Part shown: piece by piece, positions 24,301 through 27,426 of the stretch
Layout of the letters: each line of letters opens with the position of its first letter
Numbering within the stretch: position 1 is the first letter of the stretch
Assembly (NCBI GenBank): GCA_020632335.1
Contig: JACKFV010000001.1
Coordinates: forward strand, 390,001 to 422,000
Length of the DNA stretch: 32,000 nt
Source: Candidatus Saccharimonadota bacterium
GTDB lineage: Bacteria > Patescibacteriota > Gracilibacteria > UBA4473
Direction: 5' to 3'
Notes under the pieces: generated by a model
What the model was told of the DNA's origin: nothing
What the model saw: only the letters and a program-made list of their open reading frames with translations
Databases searched by the model: none
Program-made: the position numbers and the translations under genes

Positions 24301-26272
24301 CGCGCACAACGCCGATGGGATCTATGGTAATAGCAGCGACGAAATGCCGGTGCCAGGCGTGGGGATCTCGCTCTACACGGACCTCAACGGCGATGGCATC
24401 ATCGACACCACCGTGGGCGGCCCTGACGAGTTCATCAGCCAGATAATGACAGATAGCTCCGGGCAGTATGCCTTCACGGGCCTGCCGGTACAGGACGGCG
24501 CTGGGCAGCCGATAGAGTACCGCGTGGTCGTGACGCAAGACAACGGCTACAGCACCATACTGGGAGCCGACGCGCAGGTGCAGACGGGCTACAGCGTGAC
24601 GCTCAGCCCCGTGCAAAATGTGCATCTGCTGGCTAACTTTGCGCAGGTGCTGGGCTCTATAGGCGACACCGTGTGGCATGACGCGAATACAAACGGCGTG
24701 CAAGACAGCGGCGAGGCGGGCATACCAGGGGTAGTCGTGACGCTCTACGACGAGGCGGGAGTGGTCATCGGCACCCGGGTGACCGACGCAGACGGGCACT
24801 ACTACTTCTGTGGGCTGCCGCACGGCACCTACACCGTGACCACCAGCACCCCCGCGCAGTACCCCAACGCCAGCACCCCCACCAGCTGGACGGTAACCCT
24901 CACCCCCAGCAGCTATGTGAGTGATACTGAGGATTTTGGCTTCTACAAAGACACCCCCACCACCACGAGCACCACCACCGGCGGCAGCGTGCCAGACGGC
25001 CCTCCGATAGACTACAGCACGACAACCGGCACCACTACAGGTACCACGACGGGCACTAGCACCACGGGGACCACCGACGGCACTAGCACCGGCGTGACGC
25101 TGCCACCGAACATAGACCCCGAACTGCCGCTCATCGTCTTCCCTCCACGGCCCAAGCCCACTATGCCAGACCGCCAGTACGTGCGGGAGAATGACCTCAT
25201 CCGCAAGCTGGAGGAGCTGCCACAGACGGGGTTCAGCACACTGGGGCCGGTGCCAGAGCAAATCATCAGAGCCTTTGACGCGGGGTCTATCTTCTCGGAT
25301 ACTGACGTGAACGACGACGGCTACGTCGAGATGATCAACCTGCATCTGCAGAATATCCTCCCCATTGACCGCAGCATGCGCTTTGCGCCGAAGGAACCCA
25401 TCAGTGGTATAGACGCCGCGGTGATGATGATCGGTAGTCAGGAGGCCGTGGAGGACTACGAGATCCTCGACGATTACTTCTACCAGCAGGCGGCACTGAC
25501 CGAGCACTGGTATGATGAGATCCTCTGGTATGTGGCGGAGTACGATATTGACCTCGGGTTTAAGTGGACGCTGCCCGGAGCAGGCTACTTCCTCACCATG
25601 GACGACGCCACCAGCATCACGGCGCAGGCATTCCATATCCTCCCGTCAGACATGCTGCAGGCGTGGGACAGCCCCGTGGATATGTACCGCGAGGGGCTCA
25701 TCGAGCGCAATATCATCAACGGTGAGATGGAGCAGTGGCCACGAGAGGGCACGCTCAGCCGGGTGGAATTCGCTATGCTGCTCAGCCGAGTACTCATGTA
25801 CCATGATCTGAAAGACGTGGGCATGGCCAAACTCCCCAAGGACGTGCAACTGCACAGCAGCATCAAGGGGCTGGAGAAAGATGTGCCCGTGCACTTTGCC
25901 CTGCCGAATGAGCACAGTGGCTGGGTGGAGGCCCTGCACTATGGTCTGGCGATGTACGAGCGCCCCAGCGATAGCATCGACCCAGGGCAGTTGTACCTGT
26001 GGGGGCATAGCTCTGAGGTGCCCAACTACCCCATGAGCAAGCAGCCCTACGGGCATATCCTCAACGCGCTCTGGAGTGGCGCCAACATAGGCGAAACCCT
26101 AACCCTCACCACTGACGGGCAGGCAGAGACCTACATCATCCGTGATATACAGCGTATGGTGCCCAAGGCCGCGGTAGAGACCTGGCAGGACTACTCCGAG
26201 CACGATATGGTGCTGATGACCTGTGAGAAAGACATCGACTACCGGATGAACGTCTGGCTGGATAAACTCTAG
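6251..26272 (+). CDS. Giant (about 6,673 aa) secreted multidomain surface/adhesin-like protein with C-terminal LPQTG + SLH/sortase-like module
   Basis: Uninterrupted 20.1-kb ORF; the track starts it at TTG 6173. ATG 6251 gives a signal-peptide-like N-terminus (MRHLRRALSALLTTSLLASQYSVWLLAGFLG) and is preferred. Recognisable DUF11-like, SdrD-B-like, propeller-like, SLH-like and sortase-like modules occur throughout. Stop is TAG at 26270-26272. Confidence 0.9.
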   Translation: MRHLRRALSALLTTSLLASQYSVWLLAGFLGNQLISPGQAAASFVINDSVGVYTYTAGSQWMPGIIPPTGNPGNISDPSYNLTPAGGTGITLYDTGLGTAHVSTIAVSPLSFDAWERLVIHTGLVSPQHSYTVEVFDCSSGNLLSGTAPSLGTLTQGNTSSGQIVYDMSGYDNTYTCLQAQVTMQQGGASFPPVIEGIDIEWDPRPVWLTDISCAGSPTEVGSQGSYTVRYSLSYADDSNSVVWVPLPSDGNGILYPGAYPTPGSATNASSAYGQTVPPTAPTSISHGGQYTPTATTVLGQAIPANSIYWQLGAVKAGETGVMSFSWPLPNGFQDGITGAFQSSVTSANTGVLSSSPVVCPYTATPEPRMNKEVSGGFYQSNTQTHYLFDSFGYSTVATYHLDYSNYRELAPHPYWGSRNSTSDGKGGEEVYNAVLVDDVSEIIDALDASCGGSSGAITAISSGGVLDSLAKTITWSLGDLAINDYGEVTYSVDYGGCPEDTTVTNTATLYGDNITPLQDSEIVSIQTPPRGKGAFAKGDEADWYNTINGTTQYSVPQIWSHVDNNIPGIYLNKWDIQPHTHEEAITYYLRAATTEQGGNRAMSDVVMVDKIRKSGNALDDPNVGAAFSGVTFISAKLDPSITQYGRIFYYTGSDTTPAIEPGSDAPLYDYADFAAYAGPADTDIGGGSLGWKLYSLSTTPPASVDWVAFYIPCISSNAFPISTEPWGRCAYGDYNPLHPNALDSNPNNDYVPDRITNSITVTIDTPADACESYVIPNEGNFKAHRLPTDTPGTPAREDLEWHSGRGDSDLSLSEGFSSVGDLEYTHVVPTLGGFGYSSMEVDGESTIYMTDTDTFSTSITVENLGSDTALNTTVEVPIPVVAANNGSFGLTLLGVSLGGWSGSVDYSGLPNSISINLGTLPVGMQAELSLDWQLPMGIPDNTLVPLTATVSFADNNSCPTPSQPLDTAVVVRNTPELVLNKYRDAALIPSGEAVNYQITALNLGPAVSSDTFVFDEVPEYMVLKSAYVQTVDDNGTMYNCNSNGSMACKVYFFPRGQSCGAVNPNGIISSSNPITASDIYSCFEEGQETSPGSGEWIPTSFSAEDTLYIAWLLDEAFTPHFFPVNKLVTVGFQAINDTNYSNGLSDPLVDGSPAGTLLQNFPAIVSQELLQAIGNQVFTTIIPEPLMQITKQSSTNYINAGGDFEWTVNYVNESLTESTISVLQETLPAGVILQEVWHEWNFRADQNGAPASAGAYGAPVKLWDSSTSNGAVTVNALPGGTTVQVAINNDGSEAASFPGVPLDSSGNTLRGGPLGLLEGGTFTLKVSAPADAETWDLLHNEAQIDFKTSHGVNTVDDSDDVYVQNPELLISKTASVEETISGNGFQYAMVVRNQGLWQAENVVIADTLPAELSYVPGSLQVIGTTYSVINEAYTGGYGGTLSFSLSNGSDPDGVLPANSGTIYLLYAVTVDPGTPPGTVMTNSASIVNDLLENPDPNPSCDPGDPRLTGQLATPDAGNPLYYCNNITEDSVLIPYFDPYITKRAPDQVQGGDYFDYTLRYGNGTQQPGEEVFIADALPSYNTVTDSDGNPSNGTVTLENVVVSNGETIYYTYAPTLTDLSTLDYSTVISWSTTPALPYTTHIAIVPSGGTMPGLAGPYTVTVRVQASDAATGIAHVAGTIMNNATMVQSSSTDPECIPGDPAYDPGFSACGDDTDDTVTKTPGFDLSIEKFADKEGIFPGYTPGETLQYTIRVGNSAISAEPACGVYVQELSYPEELDPSTITHDWTSPGFVDQTTGAPISYLTPAGLGYDTVPSSCVQITTADTDSDTVTDQWTLDTTAAPGCPSSYEALCIPPGAVQTFSISGKIMLDMPDYFDSGDPIENTIQVCNHDGTAPDDCAPGAEDIPNNNQASSLTVVYRSDPISSNSGYSCGEDDICGNEDDSAQTANAGDTIAYTVTYDNLGHTGAENSVLEETIPEGTCLEVGSIAGEIPVSASITYSNDNGSSWTYTPVADGNGQDCAVTHFRIDFGTLPAPAGFAADPSSDPLVGYQGDASALIEEALCFGGIAAIPNNLQVIGTGESTIAGGTRGTSALEGSDGNLYVAWANNGEDNEIWMWDGSTWAIIGSGESALPGSTYASSMLEGSDGNLYVAWANNGQDNEIWMWDGSTWAIIGSGESNITGSSYASSMLEGSDGNLYVAWANNGQDNEIWMWDGSAWTIIAYYGSVSSTGTVAMAPAAGGSFFIAWANRGNQDNVVWEYDPSPGYAVTTLQKTLLPVVTGTLTSWGDYTFDYSTPDDSSLVVRVQNINASGVCGGTTLAGPVTLSGADTSYTIDMSGIAATNTALCIRATFTPSSDGVSSPLLDCGSFSYDVLEPDNPSVLYTTQANNTQCIGTPSYTPNTWEVIGFGESSLGGNTGSTALLQGSDENFYVAWANNNNQANEVWMWDGSAWTIIGSGESSVAGFTKDTALLEGADGNLYVAWANGQALPNEVWMWDGAAWTIIGSGESGFNGYTETTSLLEGTDGNLYVAWGNTSAAGAPNEVWMWDGAAWTIIGSGESSIAGSTSDSSMIEGADGNLYVAWANNGQDNEVWMWDGSAWTIIGSGESSIAGSTYGSSMIEGSDGNLYVAWANNGQDNEVWMWDGSAWTIIGSGESSVTGGTHTSSMLEGTDGNLYVAWGSYSGQTTNEVWMWDGSAWTIIGSGESTATGNTGSSGMIEGSDGSLYVSWANYGGQANQVWRYTTPVADAYGLETTYQTLLSASPDASAWDTLYLNTVLDDELLGTATVAVYDASCTTQLLGITDASIGLVDISTIPVATHPSICIAVTLALPALTQQPIGSTNPAQLCGLYATYTAPSPTFGFRVGVQTAGLTVDTINNTVCISTDTPELDENNNCGEDEIVLLNSELSLTKTVDQSVAHTGDTLTYTLEVCNNGQHQAQDVEITDTLPVLLTGVVFSPDITSTSPDYASLNAGACETITVTGTIDAGATSGDILTNQACVVGTQYDPDETNNCDTAHTFIGDAPNLEIEKTDNVDFDEINNELTYIITYRNSGNADAQDVTITDTLSGYVSYQSFAVLSGPITSCSHDGSPLGGDVTCDAGGSPLATLSAQESGEIEIVVRIEPGSPEPMQPFLDQIMQENDPLIDNNVCISIDPDEVNITDNCDQDETEIASSYASLSGYVFLDGLDETPTDAVYDPLSPGDDTPLENVVVYLLGEDVFGRYYGPAPTDPVYAQLLADGVFLNLLGVADPANTPGVAYLTQVNYNDAAQTLPHGTTNSDGLYGFVGLTPGTYHTVEIQPVHYASTGSNAGHTVDTSSGSAVLTEVGSGSHNDGGNSPNAGDMGSTLSVNYISGIVLSSGDDSVHNDYGEVGGSIGDTVFFELEGTADGLYNGTDILAPNVRIRLSYDLDGDGTADHFQSQVTDLNGAYSFDALPLYDDTGAPLTYTLWVDNSSIPTSWDSTDDEAGGAGNTADNTSDNQAHDPLSTTVTFSDPTLQPNRHVTDADFGYTGPTGSIGNTVFYDADSNELYEPDSNGDGYVQAGEDAPIPYVQVTLYLDNGFPGLYEPAFDTIYQVTYTDADGQYLFENLPLGQDYIVRVTDGTVNDGSPGYGVSYLSNHVSTYAATYGNSANASTVPSSLQDHEGRNPNGYFVHLEDDTVLDHPQLIHHEYADFGYVMPTPGEIGNQVWYEAGTNTSYDSGTDDGAEGIELTLYYDANCDGAYDPLDSDGDGWPDSGDQYWGTTMTDANGQYLFPYLPYSDGQHTDPLSGEESICYLVAVTDTLNNTALTTTGSTADNENKDENGYSVTLSDGAVGNTPGVSSNIDYTADFGYEAPVWGIVGNTVFYDINGDGIYNSATEVAIDGVDIVLQINTDTTGTSPTWQDASTYYPLLDDRVTTGVTASNDDWSGAAWTQGQYFFAELPLILIDGVTPAQYRAVVDGATLPAGFSTADSTHGVTTSESTTQNPSPGANTDDYARDPAGYIFALDDTNPGVSNVDLTGDFGIIRYTNIGDLVWFDANNSCALDPSETAGIPGVVLTLSWDQSDTLSNTAVEGTTGATPLAYSAGVTATTNADGVYDFASVPVVWPLGDLSGVTNPTYTVSVSTPPTGFTSSYASGSGSCDNGDNTGHNPGGSSTGAINPTVSVVNTLDFGYTVLGEIGTTVFLDLDKDAVYETASTESGISGVEVCLYTDRDNSGSIDTSYGSSDEVSCLTTDSTGQYLFTGLPVDGGDGATPLDYIVIVPNSTPNAGADGSLITDDGGLLDGYFSTHQSQLYPANESPTSDTLTNNDEAVSRDPAGYQVQLSVDLSNAATDPNTHEYTADFGYHEESYDAQLSGYVFLDPDADTCRDTGSLTTPAPSCSGTDPDNDVPMNGVEMVLWGIDAFGNYYGPAPTHPLYLTAITELGLDPVAYASNPPAEYFVIDPALTGPQAPQAGYTTNSSWPAGYYNFGSLNPAAGILTLPDGAYTVAEMQPAGYGSTGSNAGDNLSVTLNGEGSYENNPLNPGDPCGATALTACDPARPYTVNIIRDILLPPSSHSEENNFGELLAQIGNHVFWDTNQDGTYNEGDSGIPGVTLTIACTDTTSGDVVDVIDASTGSVLPAPVQQVTDSSGGYTFTGIPLDADCTVTVDQSTLPDPSATPTVGIADTDEESQHGTTPNTYTVSTSSSDPSSWVIPYVDFGYYTDQLGSIGDLVFMDTDQDGAYNGTDYGIGGVTITLYDDSSCSNPIATAVTDGTGAYSFSMIPFGDYSVSVDLGSGALGGLSSTHGEASGAGASPADDSNNNAAHDPGCITASIDSSDPTENDADFGFTVPGGPVILGSFGDLVWQDLNGDGLYDAGEPPLPGVDVCLYNDVNSSGSYEPGTDTLVGLGCETSDLNGQYLYSGLPVGDYCVVVDTTTVPSGYTHTSGGTPGVDNTSHPEQYCFSIVNTPEGLDPRYGYFGYEPGSNSCIATLGGTVFYDAQPSGGYDTSGDSTLGGVTLEIYAGNSLVTTTTTDAQGDYQLTLPCGQYAVVVTDDYGVLPSGWTSTHTSGLSSQYMGPDNLSKDPTGYSMVITTNGQVNLTGDFGYYGDGSNPVYGSIGDYVWLDLNGDCIQDAGEAGIAGVEVTLVTSSGATYTTLTDSSGLYLFSGLPADTYTVLIDGSSSPNQSSLSGLQSTYESSCTQAQDPSGSSTSINGNSVLSVDFPYNQTGGPVDSCSAATYTGVIGDTVFYDADGDGQYDESGPDYGLGGVPVVLYASDGVTVVVTTTTTASGAYSFLVTSPGTYTVALGTLPAFYSGLVSTHTTATHGAPHSDGNPDLARDPAGYSVTLSASPSCDQTDRSADFGLAAAVVPPNPFIGEIGNAVWYDDDRDGVWDTGEALIPNVLIIVYDSNDVPVCETLTTSTPNATGGNWLCTGLDVNETFTVVVADDTTHPMSQHVLAGMTHSLGVQNLPGSSYSTDNNSQNDSGYIVDVLSQSTPTNYTADFGYYDEDTPPGTPLCSFGDQFFLDMDDNDLFSTGEESSLFDNVTVSLYADDNVDGIADTGTAVLSITPDATGSYSFAPVVCGHYVVVVMDMSTLPTGLTPTSTGGNGTAAAPNDDNSDGISKDPTAAYPVFLDPAGDTAQVHGDFGFIVENTACMGSVGDYIFEESDTDGDQSTALVGPVEGVTITLTDSITGQVYTTTSDASGAYSFSPVPCSDYTVTVANSTDPVLLGNQLVPTNGTTQTSNGYSVTITNGVVVDTADFSYQQDPTIPPTPTLITIGDFTWEDSNGDGIQDSGEPPLSGIDLCLHVDLNGNGNPYDDTPISTTTSNSSGLYSFTSLPAGVDYHVAVCGYPLTHVPTTPTQLQGPIDDPVSDNSYNFGFQPLVLPPPPTTPLGSIEATVFYDENGDGTLNGADTGIAGVTVWLVRDLNGDGTYDPASETVATTLTNSSGIYAFTQLPVVDSTGNPVTYQVVVDASNPLSPLSNMLPTVTVADTPGPDENETTTHTELVTLSPSAPDNTEVDFGYVLDPLAPVVGTIGYHVWCECAHNADGIYGNSSDEMPVPGVGISLYTDLNGDGIIDTTVGGPDEFISQIMTDSSGQYAFTGLPVQDGAGQPIEYRVVVTQDNGYSTILGADAQVQTGYSVTLSPVQNVHLLANFAQVLGSIGDTVWHDANTNGVQDSGEAGIPGVVVTLYDEAGVVIGTRVTDADGHYYFCGLPHGTYTVTTSTPAQYPNASTPTSWTVTLTPSSYVSDTEDFGFYKDTPTTTSTTTGGSVPDGPPIDYSTTTGTTTGTTTGTSTTGTTDGTSTGVTLPPNIDPELPLIVFPPRPKPTMPDRQYVRENDLIRKLEELPQTGFSTLGPVPEQIIRAFDAGSIFSDTDVNDDGYVEMINLHLQNILPIDRSMRFAPKEPISGIDAAVMMIGSQEAVEDYEILDDYFYQQAALTEHWYDEILWYVAEYDIDLGFKWTLPGAGYFLTMDDATSITAQAFHILPSDMLQAWDSPVDMYREGLIERNIINGEMEQWPREGTLSRVEFAMLLSRVLMYHDLKDVGMAKLPKDVQLHSSIKGLEKDVPVHFALPNEHSGWVEALHYGLAMYERPSDSIDPGQLYLWGHSSEVPNYPMSKQPYGHILNALWSGANIGETLTLTTDGQAETYIIRDIQRMVPKAAVETWQDYSEHDMVLMTCEKDIDYRMNVWLDKL
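6571..6855 (+). repeat. Unnamed ~95-aa domain, copy 1 of 3
   Basis: SPLSFDAWERLVIHTG...YTVEVFDCSSGNLLSG...IVYDMSGYDNTYTCLQAQVT...PPVIEGIDIEW. It aligns with the copies at 13094 and 14540 through a shared W-x-x-L ... V-x-V-x-D/N-x-S ... L-x-G ... (I/V)D(M/I)S ... (L/I)C(I/L) ... pattern. Confidence 0.5.
9177..12210 (+). repeat. Region with at least six DUF11-like (conserved repeat domain) modules
   Basis: Module starts include LVLNKYRDAALIPSGEAVNYQITALNLGP, LMQITKQSSTNYINAGGDFEWTVNYVN, LLISKTASVEETISGNGFQYAMVVRNQGLWQAENVVIADTLPAELSYVPGS, PYITKRAPDQVQGGDYFDYTLRYGNG, LSIEKFADKEG...TLQYTIRVGN and ANAGDTIAYTVTYDNLGHTGAENSVLEETIPEG. All fit the DUF11 pattern (x-K-x ... GD-x-hydrophobic-x-Y-x-hydrophobic-x-hydrophobic-x-N-x-G ... 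hydrophobic-x-D-x-L-P). Confidence 0.6.
12482..13036 (+). repeat. Propeller-like tandem repeat block 1: four 48-aa blades (144-nt DNA period)
   Basis: IG(T/S)GES...(S/T)..(A/M)LEGSDGNLYVAWANNG(E/Q)DNEIWMWDGS(T/A)W(A/T)I repeated three times, with ctcgag landmarks at 12533, 12677 and 12821 (exactly 144 nt apart). A fourth copy is degenerate (...GGSFFIAWANRGNQDNVVWEYD). The first three copies are near-identical at the DNA level. Confidence 0.85.
13094..13369 (+). repeat. Unnamed ~95-aa domain, copy 2 of 3 (directly after propeller block 1)
   Basis: GTLTSWGDYTFDYSTPDDSSLVVRVQNINASGVCGGTTLAGPVTLSGADTSYTIDMSGIAATNTALCIRATFTPSSDGVSSPLLDCGSFSY. Confidence 0.5.
13469..14479 (+). repeat. Propeller-like tandem repeat block 2: seven 44-51-aa blades
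   Basis: Seven consecutive units of IGxGES-x12-(L/I)(E/Q)G(S/A/T)D(G/E)(N/S)(L/F)YV(A/S)W(A/G)N...N(E/Q)VW(M/R)(W/Y)DG(S/A)AWTI. Units 4 and 5 (about 13920-14210) are almost identical in DNA. Seven blades is the count of a closed beta-propeller. Confidence 0.85.
14540..14818 (+). repeat. Unnamed ~95-aa domain, copy 3 of 3 (directly after propeller block 2)
   Basis: SPDASAWDTLYLNTVLDDELLGTATVAVYDASCTTQLLGITDASIGLVDISTIPVATHPSICIAVTLALP...PAQLCGLYATYT. Confidence 0.5.
14968..15640 (+). repeat. Two further DUF11-like modules
   Basis: SELSLTKTVDQSVAHTGDTLTYTLEVCNNGQHQAQDVEITDTLPVLL and PNLEIEKTDNVDFDEINNELTYIITYRNSGNADAQDVTITDTLSGYVSYQS. Both are close matches to the DUF11 consensus. Confidence 0.7.
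15782..24943 (+). repeat. Array of about 21 SdrD-B-like (Cna-B/prealbumin-type, Ca-binding) modules
   Basis: Each unit begins G-(S/E)-I-G-(D/N)-x-V-(F/W)-x-D and carries a DxNxDGxxD loop, then (I/L)xGVxVxLY, then TxTDxxGxYxFxxLP.GxYxV, and ends in (A/T)DFG(Y/F). I counted 21 such starts by eye (15782, 16370, 16800, 17305, 17770, 18290, 18730, 19260, 19910, 20330, 20725, 21120, 21500, 21875, 22285, 22710, 23135, 23495, 23845, 24275, 24655; approximate). Units 1 and 8 belong to a longer subtype (SGYVFLD ... FG(R/N)YYGPAPT ... QP.(H/G)Y(A/G)STGSNAG). Confidence 0.75.
24947..25165 (+). repeat. Low-complexity Thr/Gly-rich then Pro-rich linker (wall-spanning-type region)
   Basis: KDTPTTTSTTTGGSVPDGPPIDYSTTTGTTTGTTTGTSTTGTTDGTSTGVTLPPNIDPELPLIVFPPRPKPTMP. 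Confidence 0.8.
25217..25231 (+). other. LPQTG (LPXTG-type sortase recognition motif), residues about 6323-6327 of the giant protein
   Basis: Codons ctg cca cag acg ggg are in frame. By my reading this is the only LPxTG in the protein. It sits between the Thr/Pro linker and the C-terminal sortase-like module and is not followed by a hydrophobic helix or basic tail. Confidence 0.5.
25232..26269 (+). other. C-terminal 346-aa module of the giant protein: three degenerate SLH-like segments + sortase-like domain, paralogous to CDS 1817..2872
   Basis: Colinear matches to the 351-aa protein: (G/Y)SIFSDT, TEHWYDEILWYVAEY vs PTQWYFPYAETLLRM, GTLSRVEFAMLLSRVL vs TPVTRAEVFTLLSRTL, LYLWGHSSE vs FIVFGHSST, GETLTLTTDGQAETYII vs GDTLTLTVDGQPRHYVI, VLMTCEKDIDYR vs LLFTCNTDLSER. 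His is at 26006-26008, Cys at 26222-26224 and Arg at 26243-26245. Confidence 0.7.
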
Positions 26273-26325
26273 CAACGCCCAGTAGCCGCACAGAGACTGC
26301 CCTCTGCTTACCCCAGGGGGCTTCT

Positions 26326-27426
26326 CTAGTAGCGGACGTAGTGCCCGCTGGAGTCCTGCCGCAGCATGCCCTTGAGCTCCATCATGGTCAGCGTACTGAG
26401 GATAAGCGCGCTGTCCTCTGGCAGGGCACGCACGATGGCATTCATGTGCCACTGGGGCTCGGCCGTAAAGAGCGCGAGAATGCGCGACTCCAGCTCGTTC
26501 TCGGGGCTCACCTGCTTTACCTCCTGGTGCAGCGCGTGCTGTGAGAGTGAGAGCGCTTCTACTATCTGCGCGCCGCTGGTCACGGGCGTAGCGCCCTCTT
26601 GTAGCAGGCGGTTATTGCCCTCGTACTGCAGCGCGAAGATATCGCCCGGCACGGTGAAGATCTCTCGACCCTGCTCCAACGCTATGCGGGCGGTGGCCAT
26701 CGTGCCGGATTTCTCCCCCGCCTGGATGATCACGACCCCGCGACTCATGCCGCTGACCAGGCGGTTACGCACCACAAAGTTATTACGGCTCACGGTCTCT
26801 CCCGGGGCATACTCGCTCACCAGGCTGAGGGTGCCCGCCGCCAGCTGCTCGGTGGCCCAGCGGGTGCTACTGGCCGGGTGGATCTGGTCTATGCTCGACC
26901 CCAGCACCGCGATGGTCTTGGCGCCTGCCGCTACGGCCGTCTGGTGCGCGAGCGAGTCTACACCCATGGCCAGGCCAGAGATGATGGTGATGCCCTGCTG
27001 CGCCATAGCCGCCGTGAGGTGCTCGGTACAGCGCTTGGCGTAGCTGGTCATGCGCCGGCTGCCCACCACTGCCACCCCCGGGAACCACAGCGAGCGCAGC
27101 TCCCCCCGCACAAAGAGCAGCCCCGGCGGCTGGTAAATATGCTGCAGTGCCTCGGGGAAGAGGCGTTGCTCTGGGGTAATCAGCCGCAGCTGGTACTGGT
27201 CTATGAGGGCCTGCTCACGGGAGAGATCCACTTGCAAACGGTTTGTAAGAAGTCTCTCTGCCTCTTTACTACTGAGGTGCTGCCGAATCCAGAGCTCGCT
27301 CTCGGTCCGCCAGCGGCTCCACTCTCCCCCACAGGCCGCCGCCATACGCGCATACCGGCTCCCACTCAGCCGCAGGCAGCGATGCACTGCGAGAAGCTCA
27401 ACAGCGGTATTACTAGTCTGTTGCAT
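26326..27426 (-). CDS. dprA: DNA processing protein DprA (Smf), RecA loader for incoming ssDNA
   Basis: 366 aa. Motifs GVAVVGSRRMTSYAKR, ISGLAMGVDSLAHQTAV, TIAVLGSSIDQIHP, RNRLVSGMSRGVVIIQAGEKSGTMATARIALEQGREIFTVPG. Stop is TAG. Its start overlaps the tpiA stop by 14 nt. Confidence 0.93.
   Translation of the reverse strand: MQQTSNTAVELLAVHRCLRLSGSRYARMAAACGGEWSRWRTESELWIRQHLSSKEAERLLTNRLQVDLSREQALIDQYQLRLITPEQRLFPEALQHIYQPPGLLFVRGELRSLWFPGVAVVGSRRMTSYAKRCTEHLTAAMAQQGITIISGLAMGVDSLAHQTAVAAGAKTIAVLGSSIDQIHPASSTRWATEQLAAGTLSLVSEYAPGETVSRNNFVVRNRLVSGMSRGVVIIQAGEKSGTMATARIALEQGREIFTVPGDIFALQYEGNNRLLQEGATPVTSGAQIVEALSLSQHALHQEVKQVSPENELESRILALFTAEPQWHMNAIVRALPEDSALILSTLTMMELKGMLRQDSSGHYVRY

Noticed and set aside
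25217-25300. A canonical C-terminal cell-wall sorting signal (LPXTG + hydrophobic helix + basic tail).
   Set aside because: The residues after LPQTG (FSTLGPVPEQIIRAFDAGSIFSDTD...) are not hydrophobic, and the protein continues for 346 aa. It is therefore not a standard sorting signal and is reported as a non-canonical arrangement instead.
26273-26325. A bidirectional rho-independent terminator between the convergent giant gene and dprA.
   Set aside because: Only a 5-bp stem (cagag-actgcc-ctctg) is present, with no adjacent T/A run. This is too weak to call.
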